DNA of 64,000 nt, taken from NCBI GenBank assembly GCA_044225365.1, contig JBGAIQ010000009.1, positions 96,462 through 160,461 of the forward strand, given 5' to 3'. A model generated the notes under the pieces. It saw nothing but the letters and a program-made list of their open reading frames with translations, did not search any database and was not told where the DNA came from. Of the stretch, positions 37,101 through 46,562 are shown in pieces. The position numbers and the translations under genes are program-made. The stretch is from Planctomycetota bacterium. GTDB lineage: Bacteria; Planctomycetota; B15-G4; JADJEK01. Within the stretch, counting starts at the first letter, position 1, and the number at the start of each line of letters is the position of its first letter.

Positions 37101-38780
37101 GCCGGAGAGCCCGAGATTCGTCGACAGGAAGATCGAGCCGTCCTTCTCCGCGACCATCTGGGTCGTGAATTCCTTGAACGGCTTGTTGAACATCGTCAGC
37201 TCCTGCTGACCGATGACGAGCGGCGTCTTCCACAGGAGCGAGCCGTCCTGCAGCGAGAGGCACATCGCGTAGACGTTGATCGCGCCCTCGAGCAGCGAAC
37301 CCGTCACGTAGATCCGATCCCCCACCGCGACGGGCGCCGAGAGGATCGAGACACGATTGATGAAATCGTGGAGCGGGCGATCATCGCGCCGCATGCGCCA
37401 CAGCAGCCTGCCGTTCTCGACGTCGACCGCGTAGAGCCCGCGCCGCGGAACGGTCTGGGTGATGCGCGTCTGATCGAACTCCACGTCCCGGCCGTGGGGC
37501 GCGGGTTCGAGGAGGGCGCCGAGAACCACGTGATCGGAGATCGTCGCGACGAGCGGCAAGGAGCGGGCCAGGGTCCCGAAATCGTTGTCCATTCCGGGCA
37601 TCGGGCTGTCCCAGAGCAGACTGTTGAAGTCGTAGAGCTGGGGCGCGACGGAGCCCGAGAGCGGCCCGATGTACTTCCACTTCGGCGTGGCCGAGTAGAA
37701 CGACCAGGCGCGGATCGAGAGACCATCGCAGAGGACGATGACATCGGAGGCGACGACCGGATGGAACGGACTCGATTCCCGGATCTCGCGAACCCGACGC
37801 CACGGATTCTCGTCACCACTGAAGGAGTCCGTCGTCCAGCGCGACGCGAACGTCAGCGCCTCGGGATCGAACTGGACGAGTCCATCGTGGGCGCCATTGC
37901 CGCCGACCACCGGCCACGCGGCGTCCCTCGGGGGCATCATCGAGCCGAACTCCGGCAGGATCCCACGGGCTTTCGCCGGCGAGCCGGAGACCGTGACGGA
38001 GGGATCGCCGAATCGCTCGATCCAGCGCGACGCCGGCGAGTCCGAACGGCCGAACGCCGCCGACGCGGCCGCGAGGAATGCATCCCCGGATGCCTTCTCC
38101 GCTGTGCTCGATACGGATTCGAATGCCAGCTTGCGGCCGTAGAAACGCTCGGATGCTTCGAAATCACCGCGCTCGAGGGCGAGGCGACCGAGACGATCGA
38201 GCGCGCGTTGCCCTTCGGGAGTGAGTTCCCAGAAGCGCACGAACTCGATCAGCTTCGAAGGATCCTGGGTCTCGGCGATCGCCCGCCAGAGCGACTCGGA
38301 TCGCAGGCGAGCGAACTCGGTGTAGGCGGCGCGACCCTCGGCCGGGAACGACGCGATGAGGTACTTTGCGTACTCCGCGGCCCCGACGTAGCGCGGCGGG
38401 TCGTTCGCCACTTGGTAGACGTGTGTCGGGTAGAGAGTGATCAACTCCTGGAGCGAGTCACACGCGACGCGGTATTCGCCGCGCCGCATCGCATCGCGCG
38501 CCGACTCGAACAGCACGCGGACCCGCGCCGTCGTCTGCACCGCGAACGTCGCGACGGCGCTGTGATCCGGGTCGTACTTGAAGTTCGGGTCCTGGATCGA
38601 CTCCCATCCGCCGAACGGCAAGAACGGTTCGTCCTGGGCCCGCAGGACCGAAGTCGTCAGGAGGCCAACGACGACCGCGGCCACCGCCGCGCCGGAGGCA
38701 GTGGAGATGCGAGCGGCCGGAACGGCGGCCGTTGCTCGCGGCGCGCCCTCGTCCGTGCGGTGTTTCGAAGCGAGCTTCAC
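34146..38780 (-). CDS. Giant (1544 aa) secreted PQQ-like beta-propeller repeat + TPR-like protein
   Basis: Signal ...AAVAAVVVGLLTTSVLRAQ. Multiple PQQ/BamB-like propeller blades (GRLLWRMRRDDRPLHDF..., DGSLLWKTPL, GKILWSVE, GMVLWSTPLD). Helical TPR-like stretches between propellers. Confidence 0.7.
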   Translation of the reverse strand: MKLASKHRTDEGAPRATAAVPAARISTASGAAVAAVVVGLLTTSVLRAQDEPFLPFGGWESIQDPNFKYDPDHSAVATFAVQTTARVRVLFESARDAMRRGEYRVACDSLQELITLYPTHVYQVANDPPRYVGAAEYAKYLIASFPAEGRAAYTEFARLRSESLWRAIAETQDPSKLIEFVRFWELTPEGQRALDRLGRLALERGDFEASERFYGRKLAFESVSSTAEKASGDAFLAAASAAFGRSDSPASRWIERFGDPSVTVSGSPAKARGILPEFGSMMPPRDAAWPVVGGNGAHDGLVQFDPEALTFASRWTTDSFSGDENPWRRVREIRESSPFHPVVASDVIVLCDGLSIRAWSFYSATPKWKYIGPLSGSVAPQLYDFNSLLWDSPMPGMDNDFGTLARSLPLVATISDHVVLGALLEPAPHGRDVEFDQTRITQTVPRRGLYAVDVENGRLLWRMRRDDRPLHDFINRVSILSAPVAVGDRIYVTGSLLEGAINVYAMCLSLQDGSLLWKTPLVIGQQELTMFNKPFKEFTTQMVAEKDGSIFLSTNLGLSGCLDGLTGNPRWLAQYEAIPIKATRHYRRTFERPRFWINDPAIVREGVCIVTPLDSDSAYAYEASTGKILWSVECNQDKNHPFDYCTVLGVDQGAVIFSGPSGIGFHDLRNGRLLGAYRFRQARSYAGRGCLGDGVLFQPLAEGLLELRYQRTKAGMDLRDRTLDWGFSDSAGLPGNLLVHRDFQIVVSASQMTVFYDLENLIQRVETRIGSGKGTLADHVDLGELLALRGNVERAITEFEGVLADPSISSPATDASLVRRAHERLAVAHHQLAERADKSGLAAVAAQHRFAEAEHSLDDADFLRACEQLIHSLEAADPSRIPAVLDWIDERCPNAQYAFAANAYGTPIPAGLYTLDRRAVYALGRRDAKAAVSSWQRIIDLYRDTPFPGGTAGKHAERLIADAIAKYGRSIYAEFDAAASDARSAASASRNAAALLEIVMRFPNAAAAPRARLDLAMIRLERKEYSEVFRVVAPLLTSANDDGDRQNALLLAARGAALAGDSALARLMLKRIVATGSAAASVVEPASDVRSVATRDLEALGAEPAAVAERARLERLPDPAAKTLELQVTRSVLVPVEFDSEDAILVYEEEQLGAPDAVLRRIDLATLSEIWHVRVPAYASDLDPLRAFSIGDRIVFRQRDRLFGIDKKSGITRFDTSLAGSSGASVGAVDSAGSLIFALLTPPTQGASMIVAVETATGMVLWSTPLDFECLEIQAVRDAVLAIGASEQPTVVSLDALTGVKRFAISNLAMNKRFEARAYEEFGVVLTLGRENAETKSLASFDLEDGRPLAYVKEVPFPMSFEWLVPTTNGFLLPKGTSPTYTRSPRGIVSVSRLEPRTGTVEQCVMGLENLRAFDTGSGTSKRRFVLVGAGTGSGAAKRDRLVVIDLDKKAIERTVDMTALPPGSPTFRASLTRTGDVYGLAEIRRASGNPRRTYLFTFAPDAGTFAAVEIPLTSERAPVQSVATPRHFAVLSGTALAVYETSK

Positions 38781-38951
38781 GTCGATTACCCCGCTAACGC
38801 GGAGACGATCGGGCGCAGCCTCCCCTCGGAACCGGCAAGGTTGCGAGGCGTCGCGGCAATCGTCTCCGTAAGTCCAATCAATGTATCGTCTTCTTTGCCC
38901 GGATGATCCAGTGTTCGGAGTTCGTGAGCGGCCGGGTCCGAGTCGTCGCCG

Positions 38952-40896
38952 TCAGTGCGGGTGGGAGACCTGGGAATCGTCGCTCGGACCGCGCGCCAGC
39001 TTCTCGAGCCGCAGGCGATAGGTACGAAGGATCTGCTCGCGTGACAGCAGCCCAATCAATTTCCAGCGATCGCCATCGGGAACCACGATCGGTACCTCGT
39101 CGCACTCCTCCTCGGAGAGCTTCTGGAGGGCCGTGAGCAGCGGGTCGTCCGGGCGGACGATCGGGTAGGCATCGCTCATCATCTCCGAGACCAGGACGAG
39201 TCGGTGGACGCTGGTGTCGAGCAAGAGGTCGCGAACGTCCTCGATCGTGACGATGCCGAGCACGAATCCGGCTTCGTCGAGCACCGGAAAGCACTGCTGC
39301 CGCGTCCGTCGCAGCATCTGGACCATGTCGGCGATCGTCTGACCCGGCTTCAGTGTCGCAACCTTCGAATGTTGAGCCGTGGCGTTCTCGACGGTGAGTG
39401 GCGCGAGCACGTCGACGCTGTACGAACCGAGGTGTGCCGGCGACTCGAAGCGCGATCCAACCTGGGCCGTGTAGACCGACGCGCGACCGGTGAACACGTA
39501 GGCGAGCGCGCAGACCAGCACGAGCGGCAGGAGCAGTCCGTACGAGCCGGTGATCTCGCACACCATGACGAGTCCCGCGATCGGCACCTTGGTGATACCG
39601 GCGAACACACCGCTCATGCCGACCAGGACGTAGGCCCCCGGATCGGTGACGACGTCGGGGAACAGGAGATGCGCGAGCTGTCCGTAGCCCGCACCCACCA
39701 TCGCGCCGATGTAGAACGCAGGGCCGAACACGCCTTCACCCCCGCGCGTCGCGAAGGTGATGCCCGTCGCGAGCGATTTGGCGAGCGCGAGTCCGAGCAG
39801 GAAGAGCACGCCGCGCATTCCGGGGCCCGCGAGGCTGCCATCGATCGCTTGCTGCACCCAGCCGTAGCCGGTGCCCCACACCTCTGGAACCGCGAGAACG
39901 AGCACGCCGAGGAGGAGCCCGCCGATCGCCGGCCGAGCGAACGACGGCAGCGTGAAGCGCGCGAAGATCTTGTCGAAGACGCCCACGCGCAGCGTTTTCA
40001 GCGCCATGACGTAGACGATGCCGGCGAGCGCGCAAACGAGTCCGAAGACAGCGTAGATCGGCAGCTCGAGCGGCGACATCAGTTTGAACGCCGTCGCATG
40101 GAAGACCGGTGTCCAGCCGTAGACACAACCGAAGGTCGCGTACGCCGAGAGCGACCCGATGATCGCGGGTACGAACGCCGTGTACTCGAACTCCGGATTG
40201 CGATACGGCGACTCGATGGCGAAGATCGCGCCCGAGAGCGGTGCGCGGAAGATCGCCGCGAACCCGGCCGCCGCGCCGACGAGTAGCGAGATCCGCCGAT
40301 CCGCAGAGCGCAGCTTGAACGTATCGGCGATCTTCGAACCGATCGCCGCTCCGAGTCCGACCGCCGGCCCTTCGCGACCGACCGACCCACCGGAGCCGAT
40401 GACGACGAGCGAACTGAGCGCTCGCAGGACTGGATCCTTCAATCCGAATTTCCCGCGTCGCTGATGGAACGCATCGAGCACGCCGTCGGTTCCGCCGCGG
40501 GTGGGATCGGGCCGTGCGATCGTGAAGAGCAGGCCCGCGAGGAGTCCACCGAGGCCGGGCACCAGGACGAGCATCCAGCGAATCGGTTCCGCGACCGCGC
40601 TGCCCGTGGGCTCGGGCGGATCGCCGCCGGGCACCGGCGGATGGAACGACGCGAGGCGATGCGTGAAGAACGCGACCGCGAGCCGCAGCGCCTCGAAGAA
40701 CACGATCGACACCGCGCCCGCGAGGACACCGATCAGCACCGCGAGGAAGAACCACTTCGCCGCGTGGCGGATGTCGGGCAGCGACGTGAACGAGGCCGGA
40801 CGCGACGCGTCCCGGCCGACAGGATGGAACGGCGCGATACGAGTCGTCGCGCTCGCCGCCGGATCGGGCCGTTTCAGATCAGATTGAATCTCTTGC
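38952..40896 (-). CDS. ClC-family chloride channel/transporter with C-terminal CBS pair
   Basis: GSGGSVGREGP and GAIFAIESPY (ClC selectivity-filter motifs). ~10 TM segments. C-terminal CBS domains (VLDEAGFVLGIVTIEDV, VVPDGDRWKLIGLLSREQIL). Start uncertain: candidate GTG ~40896 overlaps the upstream gene; the ORF-track start at 41192 is spurious. Confidence 0.8.
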
Positions 40897-43333
40897 GTAG
40901 GATCCACTCGGCGGAGAGAAGGGCGAGGAACAGGAGCAACGTGCTCCAAGACGACCACAGTTCGCGGCGCCGTGGCTCGCCGGTCAAGCGCTCGCGCACG
41001 TCGCCTTCGATCGTCGCGAGTGCGTCCTTGATCTCGTGGACCCCAAAGTAGCGTCCGCGAGTCGCCGCTGCGACCTGTTCGAGTGCATCTCGCGCAAGTA
41101 CCGGATTCTCCCACTCGCGCTTCGGCACTTCGACGGTGAACGACTTCGGCGACAGATGTCCCGCGTCGCGACCGGCGGCATCCTCGAGCCATGCCTGGTA
41201 CGAACCCGGGAGCGCAAGTCGGATCGTACCCTGGAAACGACCCTCGGCGGGATCGACGTTCGTGAGTTCGAGTTGCGTGACCACACCTCGCGGATCGGCC
41301 AGGTGCGCGACGTACTTCGCGTCCGTGAGCGGACCGAAGTCGACGTTGCGGATGCGCGCGTTCAATCGGATCGGCTCATGGATGTCGTAGACCGACTTGT
41401 CGGTCGTGAGCTCGAAGCGCTTGTTGGTGCGGCGCAACTTGTTGAGCGCCACATAGCGAACGACGGCTCGCCAGAACCGTTCCGGATACCGGTTCCCGTA
41501 GTACTTGCGCCACAGCCACGTCGAGTCGAACCCGACGAACATCGTGCGCCCCGCCGGATAGAACGACGAAGCGAGCAGGACGTGCTTGCCGAAGGAGTTG
41601 CCGTTCTCCGGATGCCGGAGCATGACCTCGGCGCCGCCCTTCGCCTTGCGCGCCGCGAAGTACCACTCCTGCGGGGGAAGGCCGACAGCCGGGTCCTCCC
41701 ACAACTTGCGGTTCATCGCGAGATCCTTCTCGAGCCGCACCGGCTCCGGCGGATCGAGCGGGTTCTCGAGCATCGGGCGAAACGGCTTCTTCGCCGAATC
41801 GAGGCGCGCCCGCTGGTCCTCGGCGTCGTTACCGACGACGACCGGAAGGAGATCCTCGAGCGGCGTTCCGATGTAGGAGACGGGATCGTCGAGTTCGCCC
41901 GCGAGGAAAACCAAGCCGCCGCCGAGTTCGACGAACTGGCGGAGGTTCTTCAAGGCGTCGTCCGCCGCCTGCGTCGACGTCGGCACGATGAGGTACGGGT
42001 TCACGTCGCCCAGGATCACCACGTCGTACGTGAGCAGCGCTTCCTTGGTCGGGGGGAACGCCGTGAGCGCGGGGACGTTGTCGGACGACTCCTGGATGAA
42101 GTCCTTGTCCGCGTCGAGCAACAGGCACTGCACCTTGAAGTTCTTCGAGCGCAGCAGGATGTTCATCAGGAAACGGTATTCCCAGCGAGCGTAGCCCTCG
42201 ACGTAGAGGACCTTCACCTGCTCGGGATCGACGCGGAGATGGTGGTTGCGGACGTTGTCGTCCTGGAACTGCTCGCCCTGGAGCGGCGCCACCTGGATCT
42301 CGAGATCGAACTCCCCTTCGCGTTCCGGGCGCCAGTAGAGGGTCTCGAGTTGCTCGCGCCCGCTCTGCTGCGCGAGCGTGATCTCCTTGCTCGACAGGAC
42401 TTCGCCGCTCTCGCGCGACTTCAGCACGAGGCTCGTCGTGCGGCCTTCGTAGCCCTTGCTCGAGATCGTGACGTCGAACGCGACGTCGTCGTTCACGAGC
42501 GCGACGTCGGGTGCGCGCACGGCCTGGATCGCGATGTTGCGCGGTTCGTTCGGGTCGCCCACGCCGATGCAGTGGACTCGCACGCCGTCGAGCGACGCCT
42601 GACTCGCGGCTTGCGCGAGATCGAGCCCAGCGTTCGATCGTCCGTCGGAGATGACGATCATCTCTTGCACGCGATCGCCACGATTCTCGATGTCGGTCAA
42701 CGCATCGGCGATCGCCGACCCGAGCCGCGTGGAGTTGGACGATGCCGACCAATCGTCGAGCGAATCGAGGCTGCGCAATTCGTCGCCGAACGCCATGAGC
42801 CGCACGTCGTTCTTGACCTTCAAGGCGTCGAGCAGCGTGGACTGATTCTTCAGGATCGCCTTCACCAGATCGACACGCGGCGTCGTCGCGAGCGCGTCCT
42901 TCGAAGGCAGCTTGGCGAGGTCGGTGAGGGCGTCCGCGGCGTCCTTGTCGTTGTACGAGTCGGCCCGTGTCATCGATGCGCTCGCGTCGAACAGGATCGG
43001 CAAGACCGATTTCTCGATCTCGACCTGCTGCGTCTCGAGCACCGGACGGAATAGAACGACGAACAGAACCGCGAACGCGAGCGCGCGCAGACCGGCGAGC
43101 AGACCGCGCTGGCGCGCAGTCAGTGGCGCGCGTTCCTTTCGGTAGGCGTACACCGAGGCCGCGATCACTCCCGGGACGATCAACAGCGCGATGATCCAGC
43201 CGGCGGGCGCCTCGAGGAACTTGAAGGTCGTGATGTCGTGCGAAACGTTCGGCAACACGGAGTTCGGTGCGTTGGAAGACGTACCCTGCGGAATCGCAGC
43301 GAGCCAGAGTGCGACCAGGCGATCCTGAATCAC
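40874..43333 (-). CDS. BatB-like membrane protein: N-terminal double-TM + vWA domain + long C-terminal region
   Basis: ~819 aa from a GTG overlapping the upstream stop (GTGA). TM FKFLEAPAGWIIALLIVPGVIAASVYAY / LAGLRALAFAVLFVVLF. vWA MIDAS motif ILFDASASM. C-terminal TM near the end. Confidence 0.7.
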   Translation of the reverse strand: MIQDRLVALWLAAIPQGTSSNAPNSVLPNVSHDITTFKFLEAPAGWIIALLIVPGVIAASVYAYRKERAPLTARQRGLLAGLRALAFAVLFVVLFRPVLETQQVEIEKSVLPILFDASASMTRADSYNDKDAADALTDLAKLPSKDALATTPRVDLVKAILKNQSTLLDALKVKNDVRLMAFGDELRSLDSLDDWSASSNSTRLGSAIADALTDIENRGDRVQEMIVISDGRSNAGLDLAQAASQASLDGVRVHCIGVGDPNEPRNIAIQAVRAPDVALVNDDVAFDVTISSKGYEGRTTSLVLKSRESGEVLSSKEITLAQQSGREQLETLYWRPEREGEFDLEIQVAPLQGEQFQDDNVRNHHLRVDPEQVKVLYVEGYARWEYRFLMNILLRSKNFKVQCLLLDADKDFIQESSDNVPALTAFPPTKEALLTYDVVILGDVNPYLIVPTSTQAADDALKNLRQFVELGGGLVFLAGELDDPVSYIGTPLEDLLPVVVGNDAEDQRARLDSAKKPFRPMLENPLDPPEPVRLEKDLAMNRKLWEDPAVGLPPQEWYFAARKAKGGAEVMLRHPENGNSFGKHVLLASSFYPAGRTMFVGFDSTWLWRKYYGNRYPERFWRAVVRYVALNKLRRTNKRFELTTDKSVYDIHEPIRLNARIRNVDFGPLTDAKYVAHLADPRGVVTQLELTNVDPAEGRFQGTIRLALPGSYQAWLEDAAGRDAGHLSPKSFTVEVPKREWENPVLARDALEQVAAATRGRYFGVHEIKDALATIEGDVRERLTGEPRRRELWSSWSTLLLFLALLSAEWILRKRFNLI

Positions 43334-45648
43334 GGGCGGCCTCCGAGCGAGCGACGACCGAACCAGGCGGCGAGCGCCATCTCCGCGGCGAGCAGAGCGA
43401 TGATCACGTAGAGCATCGGCTTCCACAGCTCACCCTCGTGCGACGCGACCGATTCCTGCTTCTTCACTTCGATGCGATCGAGGATCGTCAGCGGGACGTT
43501 CGGGTAGATCGAAGCGAGAGACTTCGCATCGATGCGTTCGGGGTCGCTCTCGACGGGATCGAGATTCACGGCGTACGGAATGGTCTTCTTCTCGCCCGCG
43601 CTCGATGCAGCCGCGAGCGGGAACTCGAGGTCGAGGGAGTAGATGCCGGGCTCGTACGTCCGACTGAAGACGGGCAGGACGAATCGGCCGTGTTCCTTCT
43701 CGTCGAAGTTGGCCTCGAGCGCCACGCGCTCGTTGTTCGGTAGGACGATCGCGATCGACGAGGGGATCGCGCGCTCGGTGCGGCGCAAGCGATCGGAGAT
43801 GCCGATGTTGAATTGATCGAGGTCCGGCATCGTGAGGAACGCCGCGATCTCGTGGATCAGCGAAAGGTATCCCATCACGTTGTCGCCGTCGGCGAAGGAC
43901 GCCCAGCTCGAATCGATGCTCGTGCCGAAGAGGACGACGCGACCGTGCCCCGCGGGCTTCTCGAGGATGAGCGGGCTCGGCGATGCCGCGTCATCGTCGA
44001 GCGAGAGGACCGTGGCCGTCGCCGCATCCTTGTTCCCGACCACCACGCGAACGTAGCGCATCACGGGGATGCGGAGCTCCGAAGTGAGTCGCGGATCGCG
44101 GAACAGTTCGAGCAAAGGGTGCGAGAGGTCCTCGACTCGCGGGAGCACCGCGCGCGACTTGTCGGCAGCGGCGTCCCCTCGGAATTCGACGAGGCGGGCG
44201 GGCAATAGACCGGTCCCGTCCTCCCGATACAGGCGTTCGTTCCAGGCCCGCAGATCGAGATCGTCGCCGGCGAAGATCAGGAGGCCGGCACCATTGCGCA
44301 CCGTATCCTCGAGTTCGCGCGCGATCTTCTCGTCGATCCTTCCGACGTCCGCGAGCACGATCATGTCGTAGTCGGAGAGCGTCTCGGCCCCGAGATTGAA
44401 TCGCCGATCGTCCATCGTCTTCACGAGGTACGGCGAGAGGCTCGGCTGGTCGTCGACGCCCGGATTCAGCATCGCGGCGAACTCGGAGGTCGATCGCAGG
44501 TCGTCGCCCTTGTCGTACTGGCCGTCGACGACGAGGACGTTCACGCGATCGCGAACCGGGAACGCGAGGAAGCGGCGGTCGTCCCCGGGAATCTCGTCCT
44601 CAGCGATCTCGAACTCGACGCTCGCGAACCCCTCGTCCTTCATGCTCGCCGCGAACTCGACGCTCGCCGTTCCGTGCGCGGGGACGTCGAACGCCACGGT
44701 CCGCGCCTGCTCGCGCCGTCCATTCAGGACGAACGACCCTCGCACGCCGTGCTCCGCCGTCGCGCCCTGGTTCTTCACCGTCGCGGTGAACGAGACGACG
44801 TTGTCCTTCACCACGTTCTTCGGCGAGGAAACGAGATCCTCCACCGTCAAGTTGTGGGACGGCTCGGAGTCGCCGACGTCGACGATGACGAACGAGGCAT
44901 CTCGCGACGTCGCGCGACGAAGCGCTGCGGCGGGCAGCGCTTCGTTTCGACCCTCGTGCGTCGGCGGTGACGCCGGTTCCTTGCCCTTGCCGAGGTCAGC
45001 GGTGCTCGGATCGTCGGGATCGAAAGTCAGTCGCTGGAGATCGCTGAAGAGGAAGACCTCGTGATGCGAAGTCGCGGGAGCGAGCACGAGTTCGTCGACC
45101 AGTTCGACTCCGCGAACGAGATCGCAACCGCGCCACTCCGGCTTCAACCGCGAGATCGCGTCGCGCACGAGATCGAGGCGGGTGGACTCCTGGACGAGGA
45201 TCTGCGGAGCCGCGGAGAGCGAGACGAGGGTGACGCGATCGCCACGCTCGGCGGACAATTGATCGATGAGCTGCCGCGCCTGCTCCTTCGCGCGATCGAG
45301 CGCGCTGTCGCCGCCCCGGGTCGTCCGCGTCATCGAGTACGAAGTGTCGATCATCACGACGAGATTGCGCTGCGAATTCGTGAGCATCGACAGCGGATTC
45401 GACAGCGGCACGAACGGCCGCGCGAGCGCGAGCGCGAGCAGCACGATCAACGCGCAGCGCACGAGCAGGAGCAGGAGTGACTCGAGCGTGAGGCGACGAC
45501 GCGTCTTGCGATAGGCCTCGAGCAGGAACTCCTGCGCCGCCCACTTCACGGGCGTGAATCGCCGCCGATTCAGCAGATGGATGATCAGCGGCACCGCGAA
45601 GAGGAGCGCTCCGGCGGCGAGCGCTGGGCTCGCGAAGGAGAAGTTCAT
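43330..45648 (-). CDS. BatA-like protein: aerotolerance-regulator N-terminal double-TM domain + vWA domain
   Basis: 772 aa. MNFSFASPALAAGALLFAVPLIIHLLNRRRF...LLLLLVRCALIVLLALALARP (BatA_N signature). vWA LVVMIDTSYSMTR. C-terminal TM. Confidence 0.8.
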   Translation of the reverse strand: MNFSFASPALAAGALLFAVPLIIHLLNRRRFTPVKWAAQEFLLEAYRKTRRRLTLESLLLLLVRCALIVLLALALARPFVPLSNPLSMLTNSQRNLVVMIDTSYSMTRTTRGGDSALDRAKEQARQLIDQLSAERGDRVTLVSLSAAPQILVQESTRLDLVRDAISRLKPEWRGCDLVRGVELVDELVLAPATSHHEVFLFSDLQRLTFDPDDPSTADLGKGKEPASPPTHEGRNEALPAAALRRATSRDASFVIVDVGDSEPSHNLTVEDLVSSPKNVVKDNVVSFTATVKNQGATAEHGVRGSFVLNGRREQARTVAFDVPAHGTASVEFAASMKDEGFASVEFEIAEDEIPGDDRRFLAFPVRDRVNVLVVDGQYDKGDDLRSTSEFAAMLNPGVDDQPSLSPYLVKTMDDRRFNLGAETLSDYDMIVLADVGRIDEKIARELEDTVRNGAGLLIFAGDDLDLRAWNERLYREDGTGLLPARLVEFRGDAAADKSRAVLPRVEDLSHPLLELFRDPRLTSELRIPVMRYVRVVVGNKDAATATVLSLDDDAASPSPLILEKPAGHGRVVLFGTSIDSSWASFADGDNVMGYLSLIHEIAAFLTMPDLDQFNIGISDRLRRTERAIPSSIAIVLPNNERVALEANFDEKEHGRFVLPVFSRTYEPGIYSLDLEFPLAAASSAGEKKTIPYAVNLDPVESDPERIDAKSLASIYPNVPLTILDRIEVKKQESVASHEGELWKPMLYVIIALLAAEMALAAWFGRRSLGGRP

Positions 45649-46562
45649 CGCCGCGAACCTCGCCGTTCGCGCAGCGCGAGGTACGAAGTGAGTGCGACGT
45701 CGAGCGGCGTGTCGGTGAGGAGCACGCGGAAGTCGACTCCGTTGTTGAGACAGCCCTTCTTCAACTTGGCCTGATGCGCGTTGAAGACCTCAAGGTACGC
45801 GGCGCGCAGGGCCTGAGGATCGGCGATCAGGTCGCCCATCCCCTCGAGGCCCTCGAACTTCATCATGCGGTCGAACGCGAAGTCGACTTCGTCACGATCG
45901 AGCACCTGGAAGACCATGACGTCTTGCCGCTTGGTCTTGAGGGCGCGGATCCCCGCGAGCACTTTCTCGGGCGGCGCGAAGAAGTCCGAGATGACGGCGA
46001 CGATCGATCGCGGCGGGAGTCGCGTAGCGAGTTCACGCAGTGCGAGCCCAGGGTCGGTCTTCTTCACGAGCTTCACGCGCTCGATCGCGTCCGTGATCTT
46101 GAGCAGGTGCGAGGGCCGCGTCGCCGCGGGAACCCATTTGTCGACGTCCTCGCTCGTGAGCGCGAGCGCGGCGGCATCGCGGTGATCGAGGACGAGGAAC
46201 GACAAGGTCGCCGCGACGAATGCGCCGTAACGGAACTTGCTGACCCGATCGACGCCCGCGTAGCTCATGGACTCCGAGCAGTCGAGGACGATCGACAGCG
46301 TGAGGTTCGTCTCTTCCTCGTAGCGCTTGATGTAGTAGCGATCGGATCGTCCGAAGATCCGCCAGTCGAGATGGCGCAGGTCGTCGCCGGGCACGTATTC
46401 GCGATGCTCCGCGAACTCGACGGAGGCCCCGCGATGCGGGCTCTTGTGCATCCCGGCCATGAATCCTTCGACGGCCTGGCGCGCCTTCAGTTCGAGGCGC
46501 CCCAGCTTGTCGAGGACCTTAGGATCCAACCACTGGCGGTAGTCGTGTGTCGCTGAGGACAT
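45645..46562 (-). CDS. DUF58 (vWA-like) protein, MoxR partner
   Basis: 305 aa. LDPKVLDKLGRLELKARQAVEGFMAGMHKSPHRGASVEFAEHREYVPGDDLRHLDWR is the canonical DUF58 N-terminus. Confidence 0.85.
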   Translation of the reverse strand: MSSATHDYRQWLDPKVLDKLGRLELKARQAVEGFMAGMHKSPHRGASVEFAEHREYVPGDDLRHLDWRIFGRSDRYYIKRYEEETNLTLSIVLDCSESMSYAGVDRVSKFRYGAFVAATLSFLVLDHRDAAALALTSEDVDKWVPAATRPSHLLKITDAIERVKLVKKTDPGLALRELATRLPPRSIVAVISDFFAPPEKVLAGIRALKTKRQDVMVFQVLDRDEVDFAFDRMMKFEGLEGMGDLIADPQALRAAYLEVFNAHQAKLKKGCLNNGVDFRVLLTDTPLDVALTSYLALRERRGSRR

